A DNA stretch of 64,000 nt from Nemertoderma westbladi (GCA_032718475.1 JAUCBJ010009062.1:1-64000); one strand, 5' to 3'. Positions 11,523 to 23,557 are shown, counted from the stretch's first letter. The notes: generated from the letters alone by a model not told the origin. Translations and numbers: made by a program.

Positions 11523-12790
11523 GATTTATCCCTGGCGACATCACTCTTAACAGTTCTATTTGCCGACGACACCAGCCTTCTCGCTAGCCATCACAACCCC
11601 CACAACCTAGTAAATATTGTCAACCTTGAACTTGAACAGTTGTCGGAATGGTTTGCTTCTAATCGCTTATCATTGAATATTGATAAAACTGTATATTGTT
11701 TATATTCCAACAACCGGCGGTCCACTGAAAATGTAGCCAAAGTTAAAATAAAAGATACAAATCTAAAGTGTAAAAATGAAATTAAATATCTTGGTCTCAT
11801 ACTTGACAACCACTTGAATTGGAAGTCCCACTGTATATATGTAATATCTGTGGTGTCGAAATTTACTGGCTTGTTTTTTAAACTCAGACACCTTGTTGCC
11901 TCTATCGGTGCTCAAATCAATATATTATTCCCTCGTAAATTCACGGATCCTCTACGGTATTGCCTTATGGGGCAGCTCCTACCCAACATATATTAATAAA
12001 ATTCGTGTTCTGGTAAATAAAATTGTGAGGGCTATAACATTCAGTGAATGGGATTGCCACTCTTTTCCCATTTATCGTCGGTTAGAAATTTTGCCCATTC
12101 AAGCTTTGTATAAGTTAATGTTGCCAAGCTCATGTTCGATGCGTTTCATGGTTTATTACCTTCTGGTTTAACGAATCTCTTTCGTTTATCTAATACTGTT
12201 CATAACTATAACACTCGTGGTGCATACAATACTAATTTCTTTATTCCTCGCTTTCGTACTGTCCGTGGACAAATGTCCATACAGTATCAGGGCCCTATTA
12301 TCTGGAACGAGATACCAATTATCATACGGTCCACACAAAAACTTTCGACCTTTTCCAAAAACTTTAAGGCACATCTTCTCAGCGATAATTAATCTTCCCT
12401 TTTTTTTAATTTTCTTTTTTTTTTCTTTTTTGTATTTCTGGATTTTTAAATTTCTTTTTCGATAGCTATTCTATGGTATTTCATCTAGTCAGATTCGATC
12501 TCTCATTATGTTGTACATCCCTTATAATTTCTCAATCTAGGTCTCTTCAGTAGTCCCCCCCCCCCCCCCCCCCCCCAGTCCCCCTCACGGTGGTAGCAAC
12601 CTTCAAGCTATGGCTTTTCTGTTATCACCCTTTTCTCTCTGTTCTCAGTTATCGAACCATTAACAATCTGGCTCTCAATCGTCCACACTAACATGTATGT
12701 GTTTAATATATTTTGTATACCAGTAATGCATTTATCAAAGGTGGAGGTTATTTTTAACATTGAAAGAGAGAAATAAACGAAACAATACAG
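11523..12790 (+). mobile_element. 5'-truncated, frameshifted CR1-group (Crack/Daphne-like) LINE fragment with 3' UTR
   Basis: It reads DLSLATSLLTVLFADDT, WFASNRLSLNIDKT, KYLGLILDNHLNWKSH, LYGIALWG, HNYNTR and YQGPIIWNEIP across three frames, colinear with the C-terminus of ORF 20291-23557. The 3' end is approximate (AATAAA near 12772). Confidence 0.88.
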
Positions 12791-13225
12791 ACAATCAAGC
12801 TTCTAGCTTCTTGCATTGCTACGGCTACCGGTACCTTGCTTGGCCTCTAGGCTGGCTCTGGCATAACCCTTATTTTCGCATGCGAATAAAGGTAATGTTT
12901 TAAAGATCTGGTGTGTAAAAGGCGTTTTTGTGCAGTGATGTTTACGATATTATAATTAAACTAACTGCACTAACTATCTCACATTTATTTAATAATATAT
13001 GGTAAAAAAAGCAACCTACCTATTAATTACAATAATTTACAATAGTTATCGAATGTTCTAGGATGTAAATACTTAGCATTATTTTATAGGAAACGATTAT
13101 AAAAAAACGGTTCTTGTAAAAAACGTTTTGCGAAAACTGTCCCTGCTTTCCGTTTTTGTAAATTTCTGGTACGGCATGATTGCTCCGAGAATGTTTGCCG
13201 TGGAGTCTGAATAAGGTAGAAAAAG

Positions 13226-15020
13226 TAGGGGTGGGTGTGTTTGTTAGGTTCGGGCGGTCGGTGCGGGTAAATAGGGTGTGGGAGGGAGGGAGGGTGGGTA
13301 GGGGTAGGTGAGTGCGGGTAGTTAGGTGTGTAGGGGTAGGGGAGGTTGGGTGCGGTTAAGTAGACGTGCTTGCTTAGTTTGGTGTGTGGGTGCGGTTAAG
13401 TAGACGTGCTTAGGTGGGTGGGTGGGTGCGGGTAAGTAGACGTGCTTAGGTGGGTGGGTGGATGCGGTTAAGTCGATGTGCTTAGGTGGGTGCGGTTAAC
13501 TAGGTGTGCTTAGGTAGGTGGGTGGGTGTGGGTAAGTATACGTGCTTAGGTGGGTGGGTGGGTGCGGTTAAGTACACGTGCTTAGGTGGGTGGGTGGGTG
13601 CGGTTAAGTAGATGTGTTTAGGTGGGTGGGTGGGTGCGGGTAAGTAGATGTGTTTAGGTGGGTGGGTGGGTGCGGGTAAGTAGACGTGCTTAGGTGGGTG
13701 GGTGGATGCGGTTAAGTCGATGTGCTTAGGTGGGTGCGGTTAACTAGGAGTGCTTAGGTGGCTGGGTGGGTGCGGTTAAGTAGACGTGCTTAGGTGTGTG
13801 GGTGGGTGTGGTTAACTAGGTGTGCTTAGGTAGGTGGGTGGGTGTGGGTAAGTATACGTGCATAGGGGGGTGGGTGGGTGCGGGTAAGTAGACGTGCTTA
13901 GGTGTGTGGGTGGGTGTGGTTAACTAGGTGTGCTTAGGTAGGTGGGTGGGTGTGGGTAAGTATACGTGCATGGGGGGGTGGGTGGGTGTGGGTAAGTATA
14001 CGTGCATAGGTGGGTGAGTGGGTGTGGTTAAGTATACGTGCTTAGGTGGGTGGGTGGGTGGGTGCGGTTAAGTCGATGTGCTTAGGTGGGTGCGGTTAAC
14101 TAGGTGTGCTTAGGTAGGTGAGTGGGTGCGGGTAAGTATACGTGCTTAGGTGGGTGGGTGGGTGTGGTTAAGTCGATGTGCTTAGGTGTGTGGGTGGGTG
14201 CGGGTAAGTAGACGTGCTTAGGTGGGTGGGAGGGTGCGGTTAAGTCGATGTTCTTAGGTGGGTGCGGTTAACTATGTGTGCTTAGGTAGGTGAGTGGGTG
14301 TGGGTAAGTATACGTGCATAGGTGGGTGGGTGGGTGTGGTTAAGTATACGTGCTTAGGTGGGTGGGTGGGTGCGGTTAAGTCGATGTGCTTAGTTGGTTG
14401 CGGTTAACTAGGTGTGCTTAGGTAGGTGAGTGGGTGCGGGTAAGAATACGTGCTTAGGTGGGTGGGTGGGTGCGGTTAAGTCGATGTGCTTAGGTGTGTG
14501 GGTGGGTGTGGGTAAGTAGACGTGCTTAGGTGGGTGGGTGCGGTTAAGTCGATGTGCTTAGGTGGGTGCGGTTAACTAGGTGTGCTTAGGTAGGTGGGTG
14601 GGTGTGGGTAAGTATACGTGCTTAGGTGGGTGGGTGGGTGGGTGCGGTTAAGTACACGTGCTTAGTTGGGTGGGTGGGTGCGGTTAAGTAGACGTGTTTA
14701 GGTGGGTGGGTGGGTACGGGTAAGTAGACGTGCTTAGATGTGTGGGTGGGTGTGGTTAAGTAGACGTGCTTAGGAGGGTGGGTGGGTGCGTTTAAGTAAG
14801 TGTGCTTAGGTGGGTGGGTGGGTGCGGTTAAGTCGATGTGCTTAGGTGCGTAGGTGGGTGGGTGTGGTTAATTAGACGTGCTTAGGTTGGTGGGTGGGTG
14901 CGGTTAAGTAGACGTGCTTAGGAGGGTGGGTGGGTGCAGTTAAGTCGACGTGCTTAGGTGGGTGGGAGGGTACGTGTAAGTAGGTATGTAGGAATGGGTA
15001 TGTATGGTTAAGTACAGTTA
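13226..15020 (+). repeat. G-rich degenerate minisatellite (~36-bp unit GTGCTTAGGTGGGTGGGTGGGTGCGGTTAAGTAGAC with shorter variants)
   Basis: Recurrent TTAGG-(TGGG)n-TGCGGTTAAG modules with strong G/C strand skew. Confidence 0.92.
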
Positions 15021-15023
15021 AGT

Positions 15024-15087
15024 ACTGCACTGAGTATTGGAACAGCACTGTACACTGCACTGAGTATTGGAACAGCACTGTACACTG
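15024..15087. repeat. 30-bp tandem duplication (ACTGCACTGAGTATTGGAACAGCACTGTAC x2)
   Basis: Exact duplication abutting the tail of the RTE copy at 15088. Confidence 0.85.
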
Positions 15088-16347
15088 CTACTACTAGGAT
15101 CGGCATGCTGCATTGCAGCTGTATTTTTAAGAATGCTGTGCCGGCTTGTCAACAAAATTGCACCGCCACAACTCCCTATCACCCATGACATTTGCTAGAT
15201 CATCCGTATCTTTAAGGCCAGTGTCCTTTAAGATGCGTCTCAAGAAAGTCATGGGCTGTCCACCATGCCTATTCACTCCATGAGGCTGCCAAAGTACAAG
15301 ATTAGCACTGGCTGGTCCCCACGGCGAATAATTTTAGCTACGTGGTGTATGGATTGGGATTGCTTGTTCACATTTTTTATATTTTAATTATTTACCGGTT
15401 ATGTATGTAGACATTTACTAATATCGTCGCGTACTTAAGCGATGATATAGTGTTTAATTTTGTTGGTTACCGGTGAAATACTGTAGACACCTTTACATAT
15501 AATTTCCTTAATTATAAGTCCCTACCTTGTGTAGAGACTTCCCCATTCGTGCAATCACTATGGGTACCAAAGGAATAATAATAATAATAATAAAAAGTAA
15601 TGTCCTGCAAAGCGGAGGCGATTTTGTTCTAGTGTCAAGCTTGGGGGAACCAATGAGACACCTCCAATGTTATATAGTGTCTGGTTGGAGATGTGTGCAT
15701 TGTACTTGACACAATGTACCCGGCGTAGCATTCTTGTGAATGTGCCATCCAGAGATTTGATGTCCTCAGCAGTTAGAGCCCAGCATGGACACCCATAGAG
15801 GAGTACTGGAACTACTGCTGCTCTAAGTAATCGGACCTTAAGTGTCCGATTAATTCTCGGTGACTCCGAAAAGAACCATAGAATGTTAGGTTGCCCTTCT
15901 TGGGAACTGGCACTAACTTATTTGTTTTCATTTCTTGTGGGACTCTTGTTGTTCGGTACATGTCTATTATGATGGCGTAGACGAGCTTTAAACACTCAGG
16001 TATTTTAAAGACCTCAGGGGGAACACCACCTACTCCACTGGCACGATTGGTCTTAATGCTCTTTGCAGCAGCCTTCACTTCTGCAAAGGAGATATCACCA
16101 ATGGGAATATCTGGAAGTACAGACTCAGACACTTTTACTTCTATAAAGTTATCAGGCAATACCCTGTCATTATTGAGGAGCTTTTCAAAGTGGGCCTTCC
16201 AACCATTGAGGCGATCGGCTGGTGAAACAGCCTTAGCCTTGGTGGTTGGTTGGCTTTTTCGACCAGCAAGCAAGTTGATCGATCTCCATGCCTGGGATGA
16301 TTGCCTGCTGTCGTCAGCATCCAGAGATTTGATCGAGCAATGGCAGT
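15088..16347 (-). mobile_element. Second copy of the RTE family, decayed, internally deleted and interrupted
   Basis: 15088-15328 and 15594-15866 are the reverse complement of about 594-1105, including the (TAG)n tail. After ~18 nt of filler, 15885-16347 encodes the pre-RT region (WKAHFEKLLN, RASGVGGVPPEVFK, LVPVPKKGNL), so the RT core is deleted. The 5' boundary is approximate. Confidence 0.88.
15329..15593 (+). mobile_element. ~265-bp insertion with (AAT)n tail (3' end of a LINE or SINE)
   Basis: It splits RTE copy 2 at CGGCGAA|AG and ends in (AAT)n. No clear TSD and no ORF. Confidence 0.7.
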
Positions 16348-16583
16348 GAACGGGTGTCTTCATCTGTTCTAGAATTTATGCATATAAATTCGCATTTAGA
16401 CGGTCGCATAGTTATTGCATTTCGAGTGCAGTAAGTGCATACTGCCTGCAGTTTCTTTGTGGCCATATCACGACTCGTAACTAGGATAATCGTATCGTCA
16501 GCATGTGCCAGGGTGTGTATCAACTCTAAGAATCCATCAGTCCCAATAACTTCTTTGATGTACTTAATCAAGTCATTAACGTA
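16348..16583 (-). mobile_element. Downstream piece of an older non-LTR retrotransposon RT ('element X', RTEX/Proto2-like, clade uncertain)
   Basis: YVNDLIKYI...LAHADDTIIL...PSKCEFICIN continues the RT sequence that breaks off at 25629. Confidence 0.82.
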
Positions 16584-17048
16584 ATAATAATAATAATAAT
16601 AATGATGCATTTGTATAGCGCCGAATTTACAACAATAGAAGTATGCTAAGGCGCTTACGTCACAAGCAATATAACATTAAAACTAGCAGTGCAAGTAGTA
16701 CAGAAATTAAAAAATTATAGTCGTCACTAACGATAAAACGTGCAGTTCGAAATGACTAAAAGTTATTACAATCGTTAAAAAGTGGAACATACAGTACAAA
16801 TTGATAAATATACTCGCCGTAAATGAAACGTACAGTAAAAAATATGTAATAAAAAAATTAATTAGCATAGTTAAAAAGTGTAGTTGACGGACGTACTGAA
16901 ACAATAAAAACGAGCGATGGGGTAATAAAATGAACAGAAACACTAAAAAACGCATGAAGAACAAATTAAAAGAAGTTTACAGTTTTTGGAGAGTTGATTG
17001 AATATCTAGAGTTGGAATAAAATAATTAGAGAGTTCATGATTTGGAGT

Positions 17049-18566
17049 TTAATTATATGCAATTTCAAAAAGATGTGTTTTGAGTCGCTGTTTAAAAATT
17101 GTGGTGTCGGAAATCGAGCGGATATCTTTTGGGAGTTTGTTCCAGAGTCGTGGGGCGGCTACTGGGAATGCCCGGCGCCCTAGGGTTTGACAGTTGAATC
17201 GCGGCTCAACGAAAGTGAGTGTAGAGCAATTCCTTGTAGTGTTGTTATTGCGATTGACCCGGACAAGCATGTCAGATATGTACTGTGGTGCGTGACCTAA
17301 GGTGGACTTGTGGACAAGGAGAAGCAATTTAAACTCAATGCGTTTACGCACTGGTAGCCAATGTAATTCTTTGAGACTCGGCGTAATGTGGTCATACTTG
17401 TGAACCCTAGTTAGTAGGCGGGCGGCCGAGTTTTGCACACGTTGCAATTTTGCTAGTTGGTAGCTAGACACCCCATAGAGGAGGCCGTTACAGTAGTCAA
17501 TCCGACTTGAAATAAGTGAATGTATAACTGTTTTAGCGGACTTTTGGTCAAGAAAGTTGATGATACGGCGAATATTATGGATGTGGAAGAACGCGGCATT
17601 ACAAGTTTTGGATATGAATTTTCCCATGGTGAGATTTGGATCGAACCATGTGCCGAGGTTCTTTACAAATTTTGCAGGGCGTATTTTAAAGTTACCAACG
17701 TTTAGGTATTGTGTAGATACTTTAGAGAGTTGTTGAGGTGTTCCCAGTATTATGAACTCGGTTTTATCATCGTTTATTTTAAGTTTGTTTACAATAAACC
17801 ACCTACGTATATCTGCAATACATCTCTGGAGGGCTTGTAATGCATCTGTTTCGTTGGATTCACTTGATGGCTGAAACGCATGGTATGTTTGTTTGTCATC
17901 AGCATACCCATGTAAGGCGATTGGCAAGTGGTTCTCAATGATAGTAAATAGACCCCGCCCGAAATTACTGAAATAGTGACAGGATAAGCATGCACCCTGG
18001 GGGAAGCCGTATTCCAATACGTGTTCTCTGGAATTGGAACCGAGAGTTGTTACGTGTTGGCGGCGCCCCCGGAGGAAGGATGAGAACCACCGTAGACATG
18101 TGCCGCAAATTCCCAGGTCAGATTCGAACACACGCAGAAGGCGATCGTGGTCGACGGTGTCGAAGGCGGAGCTGAGATCTAGAAGTACTAGAAATGTCAC
18201 TTTTTTCTTATCCATGTTTATAAGAATATCTGATTGGACTTTAATCAGTGCTGTTTCTGTGCTATGAAATTTTCGATATCCAGATTCGTTGGTTGGCAAG
18301 GGATGATGTTCGTTTATATAGGGGAGAAATTGCGACACCACCGCTCTTTCTGCAATTTTTGAAACGAAGGGCAAACCGCTAACAGGTCGGAAGTTAAACT
18401 TCAGAGTCGAGTCAAGACTAACTTTTTTTAGTAATGGGGAGACCTGCGCTGTTTTCCAAATATCTGGGACTGTACCACTCTGCAGAGAGTTATTAGTCAT
18501 AATTGTTATGGGTGTGCAAAGACTTGAAATGCAATGTTTTAGCGTACTTGTAGGTAATGGGTCTAG
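17049..18566 (-). pseudogene. L2 ORF2, 3' part (reverse transcriptase and C-terminal domain)
   Basis: NFRPVSGLPFVSKIAE, HSTETAL, LLDLSSAFDTVDH, PQG, YADD, SRIDYCNGLL, KLQRVQNSAARL, LHWLPV and APRLWNKLP are L2 hallmarks. The frame extends upstream to LDPLPT at 18566. Confidence 0.92.
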
Positions 18567-18763
18567 CTAGGGTAATACTGAATACTGTGTACTGTGTACT
18601 GATGTGTGCTTACTAATGTACTGCTGCGCCTAGGCAGTCTGGCAGTGTGACCCTATCTATCTAACCTAATTATCAATATCAACGGTATTGCGGTATCGGC
18701 AACATCAAAACGACAGCTATAAACCACACCGCCACTCGATATATAATCGAACTTATAGCGACC

Positions 18764-19483
18764 ATGACAACGATACCAACCGGGACGTGGAATAATGTCG
18801 GTCCGCAAATAATCGCCGCACTGAACGAGATCCGGGGCGATCTGAAAAAGGTTAGCTCCGAAACTGCACTCATTGCTGCACTTACTAATAAGGTACAAAC
18901 CCTAGAAAATGCGCTAGACAACGCTATGTCTACCAACGAGTCTCTCACTACGGACGTAGAAAAACTTAAAGATATAATTAGTGACAACAACCTTACAACA
19001 ACAGGACGTATCGCGCTTGAATCCGAACAAGACGGAATACAGCAATACATACGTCGACATAATATTCTAATACGTGGAATTCCTGAACAGAGAAACGCAG
19101 ACGAAGAACGACGTAATCTGATCTCTTTACTATCCACTATTTCGGTCGATATAAACTCAGTAGATGTATTTCATCGTCTCGGCGTTAGGAACAAACAGGC
19201 CCCAGGTAGAATCCGCCCTCTTATAATCCGTTTCTTTGGGCATAGTACACGTATTGTCGCGCTCCGAAACCGATCGCTACTACCCAAGGATATATTCATT
19301 TCCGAGCACCTAACTAAACCCAGAGCCGAGATCCTAAACGCTGCCCTAAAATTGAAGAAAACAAATCGTATCCACTCTGCGTATTCCTACAACGGAGACA
19401 TAATGATAAAGGTCGGTAAAGATAGCCCCATACGCCGCTTACTATCAATGGGAGACCTCACGAAACTTTGCAATGAGGTTTGA
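18764..19483 (+). CDS. LINE ORF1 protein (coiled coil + RRM-like/Transposase_22-like domain), 239 aa
   Basis: A heptad-rich N-terminus is followed by QQYIRRHNILIRGIPE, HRLG, RPLIIRF and IFISEHLT, motifs typical of CR1/L2-group ORF1p. Confidence 0.87.
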   Translation: MTTIPTGTWNNVGPQIIAALNEIRGDLKKVSSETALIAALTNKVQTLENALDNAMSTNESLTTDVEKLKDIISDNNLTTTGRIALESEQDGIQQYIRRHNILIRGIPEQRNADEERRNLISLLSTISVDINSVDVFHRLGVRNKQAPGRIRPLIIRFFGHSTRIVALRNRSLLPKDIFISEHLTKPRAEILNAALKLKKTNRIHSAYSYNGDIMIKVGKDSPIRRLLSMGDLTKLCNEV

Positions 19484-20290
19484 AACATTTAAAAAGTTGC
19501 CATGCCTTCACTGGCTCACTTACTGTACAACATATGATTGATTTTATATAGGTTTACCCTACCGGGCCGGTACCGGTACCGAACTCATGCTATAATTTTC
19601 GAAGAATATATCAAATTAGTTAGTTCCTTATTGAAATCGACGAACTTAGGAATATCCTCACCAGTTTAAGGTTTTAATATAACATGTAAAGCGAGATAAT
19701 TACGTAGTTCTGAAAAATTCCAGGACATCCCTAGAATATCATATATTCTTTTTTAAAGATATTGAAAGCGAGATAATTACGTAGTTCTGAAGGTAATATC
19801 ACTTCACTATATGTCTAAAAGATAATATACTTACTATAATAATCAATTATTTTGCCTATATACATTATGGAATCTCAATAGCTATACTTATTACAGCTAT
19901 ATTTATTACGTTAAACATATTTTTTTGCGCTATGTTTATTGTTTAATACGGTAACTTGACGGCTTTATTTATTACGGTAACAATATATTTGCATATATTA
20001 TTATATAATAATGTTATATATATAACATTATATTTGGGTCATGTTTAATACGGAAACTCAACTACCTGAATTAAGCTAAGTTACTTTAAGTCTTATAACA
20101 TTATACGGCTGCTCCATACCAAAACCCGAATATACTGTTGTGTCTTGTCTACTCATTAATGGGTCTCATTGTCAGAGATTGTGCTTGGTGTAGCTTAACT
20201 CTAGTTGCACACAGCCTTCACCTACAGTACTGAACTTGAACGTTTATTTGTGTCCCTCCATTTTTTGATTTATAAATATTTATACCACTG

Positions 20291-23200
20291 ATGCCATCCA
20301 GTGGCCAGGCTATATCTTGCGATTTCTGTTTTACCAAATTCCTTAAAAACGAAAAAATAATTTCTTGTACCATATGTAACTGTTCTTACCACACCCAATG
20401 TGGAACATGTGCTGACATTTCAATTGATTCCGATTTTTACTGTATTTTTTGTTTCCATAACATTTTTCCATTTTCCACTATTTCTAATGACGATAAAGAT
20501 ATTTTTTACAAAGCTAATAATGACGATGACGATGATGATGATATTTTATTGCCAGAAAATTTCAATGAATTAAATAATAGATTTATAAGTATTGATCCTG
20601 ATATAAATCTTACTTCCAACAAATCAAACTGCCAGTACTACGATGAAATTAAATTTAATAATACCTTTACCAAAAGTGATACGCTATCTATCTTTCATAT
20701 AAACTGTCGTAGCCTGAATCTAAACTTTACTTCAATAACTGATTACCTATCTACCCTGACTCAATCATTTGACATACTAACACTCACTGAGACTTTTCTA
20801 ACTGACGAAACCAACACGAACTACCTACAGATTGACGGCTACTCTCAACCTCTATTAACGAACCGGATTGTTGGCAAGAAAAACAGAGGGGGTACAGCGA
20901 TATACACTAAGAAAGGGATTAACGTTACTGAGCGGAAAGACCTTACAATACCTGACTGTGAATCAACTTGGGCAACTATTTCTAGAATACCAAACTCCTC
21001 TCATTCTGAAAAGCAACTTCTCATTGGCACTATCTACCGACCTGACACATGTAACATTACTAACCTTATTGACAACCTAAATACAGTACTAGCTACAATT
21101 AACCAACAACAAACAGACATAATACTTACTGGTGACTTCAACATTGATTTACTAAAACGCTCAAACTCAGCCAATAACTATATACAAACTCTTGAATCTA
21201 ATGGGCTCGAGCAACTAATTGACAAACCTACTAGAATTACACCATACTCTAAAACCTTACTAGACCACATATCTACTAACATATCAGACAAAATACTATC
21301 CTCTGGTGTCTTTACTGGACAACTCGGCACCACAGACCACTTAGCAACCTTTGTTATTGTACATAAATACTCACATTTTTTCGCACCTCCTACACAAAAA
21401 TTCATATATGACTACTCAAAATTTAACCCGACCAATTTCATATTAGACATACGCAATAATCAGAATTGGACGTACAATGATGACTCAATTCAATTAGATA
21501 AGAAATTTGAAATATTTTACAAAGACCTTGAGAAAATTACAAACAAACATCTACAAAAAAAGTTATTAAAACCCCGAGAGATACCAAAAAAAACATGGAT
21601 GACCCCTTCTCTTGTACAGTCTACTATAATGAAAAATAGACTATACGCATCGCTTATGTCTCACCCAACTCCAGAAAAAGAACAACATTATAAAAAATAT
21701 AGAAACATACTTACAAATACTCTGAGAAAAGCACAAAAAAAATACTTCGAAAGGGAATTTGAAAAAAACAAGCACAACACAAAAAAAACTTGGCAAACTA
21801 TAAATAGTGCACTAAATAGATCCAAACAATTAAATTCTCCAAAAAAAATAATAACATCAACTATAACAGGCCAAAAAATAACAATAACGGATACAAAATC
21901 TATAGCCAACAACCTCAATGAGCACTTTGCAAATATTGGTCCCCAATTAGCAGAACAAATTCCAAAAACTAATAGAAATCCAATACGTTATATTTGCCAT
22001 CGCAAATCAAACTCCTTCCATTTATCAGAAACCACAAATATTGAAGTAATATATAACATACTAGACTTAGACAACAATTGCTCCACAAACGACCCTTTTC
22101 CAACTAAAATATTAAAAATCATAGCATACGACCTAGCCCCACATTTAACACATTTAATTAACATATCAATAAAAAACGGGTTCTTTCCTAAAATATTAAA
22201 AAACGCAAAAATTACTGCAGTATTCAAATCAGGCGACCCAGCAGATAGAAACAACTATCGACCGATTTCCGTACTACCCTTATTTAGTAAAATTTTCGAA
22301 CGTATAATAAATACTCAACTACTAAGCTACTTAGATAAATACTCAATACTGACAGATGCACAACACGGCTTTAGAAAAAAATCAACAACTACTGATGCTC
22401 TACTAACGGTGACTGAACGACTTCGAGAAACTCTAGACTCACAGGACTCATGCTGCCTAATATCTATCGACTTAAGGAAGGCCTTTGACACTCTAAACCA
22501 TGACATACTTCTCAAAAAACTAGACCAATATGGAATACGAGGCCTTCCCCACAAACTTCTATCCAGCTTTCTTTCTGACAGAACACAAACTGTTGTACTA
22601 AATAATATAAACTCTGATCCGCTAACTCCCACCTGTGGTACACCCCAAGGTGCTATTCTAAGCAGTACCCTCTTCTTACTCTATATAAACGACTTACCAA
22701 ACTGCACGTCTCTTATTACTACACTGTTCGCTGACGACACAAACCTCTTATACACACACAGAAACCCAAATACGTTAATTTCCACTATCAATGACGAACT
22801 ACAGAAACTAGACGAATGGCTAAAAGACAACAGACTATCATTAAATCTAAAAAAAACAGAATATCTCATTTTCTCAAATAAATTAAAGAATCCCCCCTCA
22901 GACACTATCAAGATCAATAATGCAAATATAAACATCAAAACTGAAACAAAATTTTTAGGCATCTGGATAGATAATCAATTGACCTGGAAAAACCATTGTG
23001 CTTACGTCCTAAAAAAAATCTCTAAATCATGCGGTATATTTTATAAAATTAGACACATACTACCACTAAAAGTATTAAAAATGTTATATTTCTCGCTAAT
23101 CCATCCTTACATATTATATGGTATAATATTGTGGGGAAGTGCTTATAACAAATATATAAATCCAATCCGTGTCAAAATAAATAAAATAATACGAGCAATA

Positions 23201-23557
23201 ACCTTCAACCACTTCCAAGCTCATTCCATTCCGATCTATAAATACCTTAATATCTTGCCAATCGAAAATCTATATAACCTAGAAGTAACAAAACTTATGT
23301 GGGACATTTACAATAACAAAAAAAAGCAATTTATAACGGCCCTATTTACACAAACTTCAGATATCCACAATTATACAACTCGATCCACTACATCCAAAAA
23401 CTACTTTATTCCACGTACCAGACTAATATCAACCCAAAACTCTCTAAAATACAGCGGTGCAATCATATGGAACTCACTAAAAACAGAATTTAAAATGTGC
23501 AAATCAAAAAACACACTAGCTAGAAAATTAAAACTTCATATGTTAAGTGAACTTTAA
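20291..23557 (+). CDS. LINE ORF2: N-terminal PHD-like zinc finger, APE endonuclease, reverse transcriptase, 1088 aa
   Basis: Zinc finger CDFC...CTICNCSYHTQC...CIFC. EN motifs HINCRSL, LTETFL, GGTAIY, TGDFNID, LLDHI and TDH. RT motifs NYRPISVLP, IDLRKAFDT, TPQG and FADD. Confidence 0.94.
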   Translation: MPSSGQAISCDFCFTKFLKNEKIISCTICNCSYHTQCGTCADISIDSDFYCIFCFHNIFPFSTISNDDKDIFYKANNDDDDDDDILLPENFNELNNRFISIDPDINLTSNKSNCQYYDEIKFNNTFTKSDTLSIFHINCRSLNLNFTSITDYLSTLTQSFDILTLTETFLTDETNTNYLQIDGYSQPLLTNRIVGKKNRGGTAIYTKKGINVTERKDLTIPDCESTWATISRIPNSSHSEKQLLIGTIYRPDTCNITNLIDNLNTVLATINQQQTDIILTGDFNIDLLKRSNSANNYIQTLESNGLEQLIDKPTRITPYSKTLLDHISTNISDKILSSGVFTGQLGTTDHLATFVIVHKYSHFFAPPTQKFIYDYSKFNPTNFILDIRNNQNWTYNDDSIQLDKKFEIFYKDLEKITNKHLQKKLLKPREIPKKTWMTPSLVQSTIMKNRLYASLMSHPTPEKEQHYKKYRNILTNTLRKAQKKYFEREFEKNKHNTKKTWQTINSALNRSKQLNSPKKIITSTITGQKITITDTKSIANNLNEHFANIGPQLAEQIPKTNRNPIRYICHRKSNSFHLSETTNIEVIYNILDLDNNCSTNDPFPTKILKIIAYDLAPHLTHLINISIKNGFFPKILKNAKITAVFKSGDPADRNNYRPISVLPLFSKIFERIINTQLLSYLDKYSILTDAQHGFRKKSTTTDALLTVTERLRETLDSQDSCCLISIDLRKAFDTLNHDILLKKLDQYGIRGLPHKLLSSFLSDRTQTVVLNNINSDPLTPTCGTPQGAILSSTLFLLYINDLPNCTSLITTLFADDTNLLYTHRNPNTLISTINDELQKLDEWLKDNRLSLNLKKTEYLIFSNKLKNPPSDTIKINNANINIKTETKFLGIWIDNQLTWKNHCAYVLKKISKSCGIFYKIRHILPLKVLKMLYFSLIHPYILYGIILWGSAYNKYINPIRVKINKIIRAITFNHFQAHSIPIYKYLNILPIENLYNLEVTKLMWDIYNNKKKQFITALFTQTSDIHNYTTRSTTSKNYFIPRTRLISTQNSLKYSGAIIWNSLKTEFKMCKSKNTLARKLKLHMLSEL

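Noticed and set aside
13226-15020. True telomere or interstitial telomeric array
   Set aside because: TTAGG occurs once per longer degenerate unit, not as tandem (TTAGG)n or (TTAGGG)n.
15746-16333. 16-bp direct repeat CATCCAGAGATTTGAT at 15746 and 16318
   Set aside because: Both copies lie inside RTE coding sequence and do not coincide with any junction, so it is not a TSD and is probably chance.
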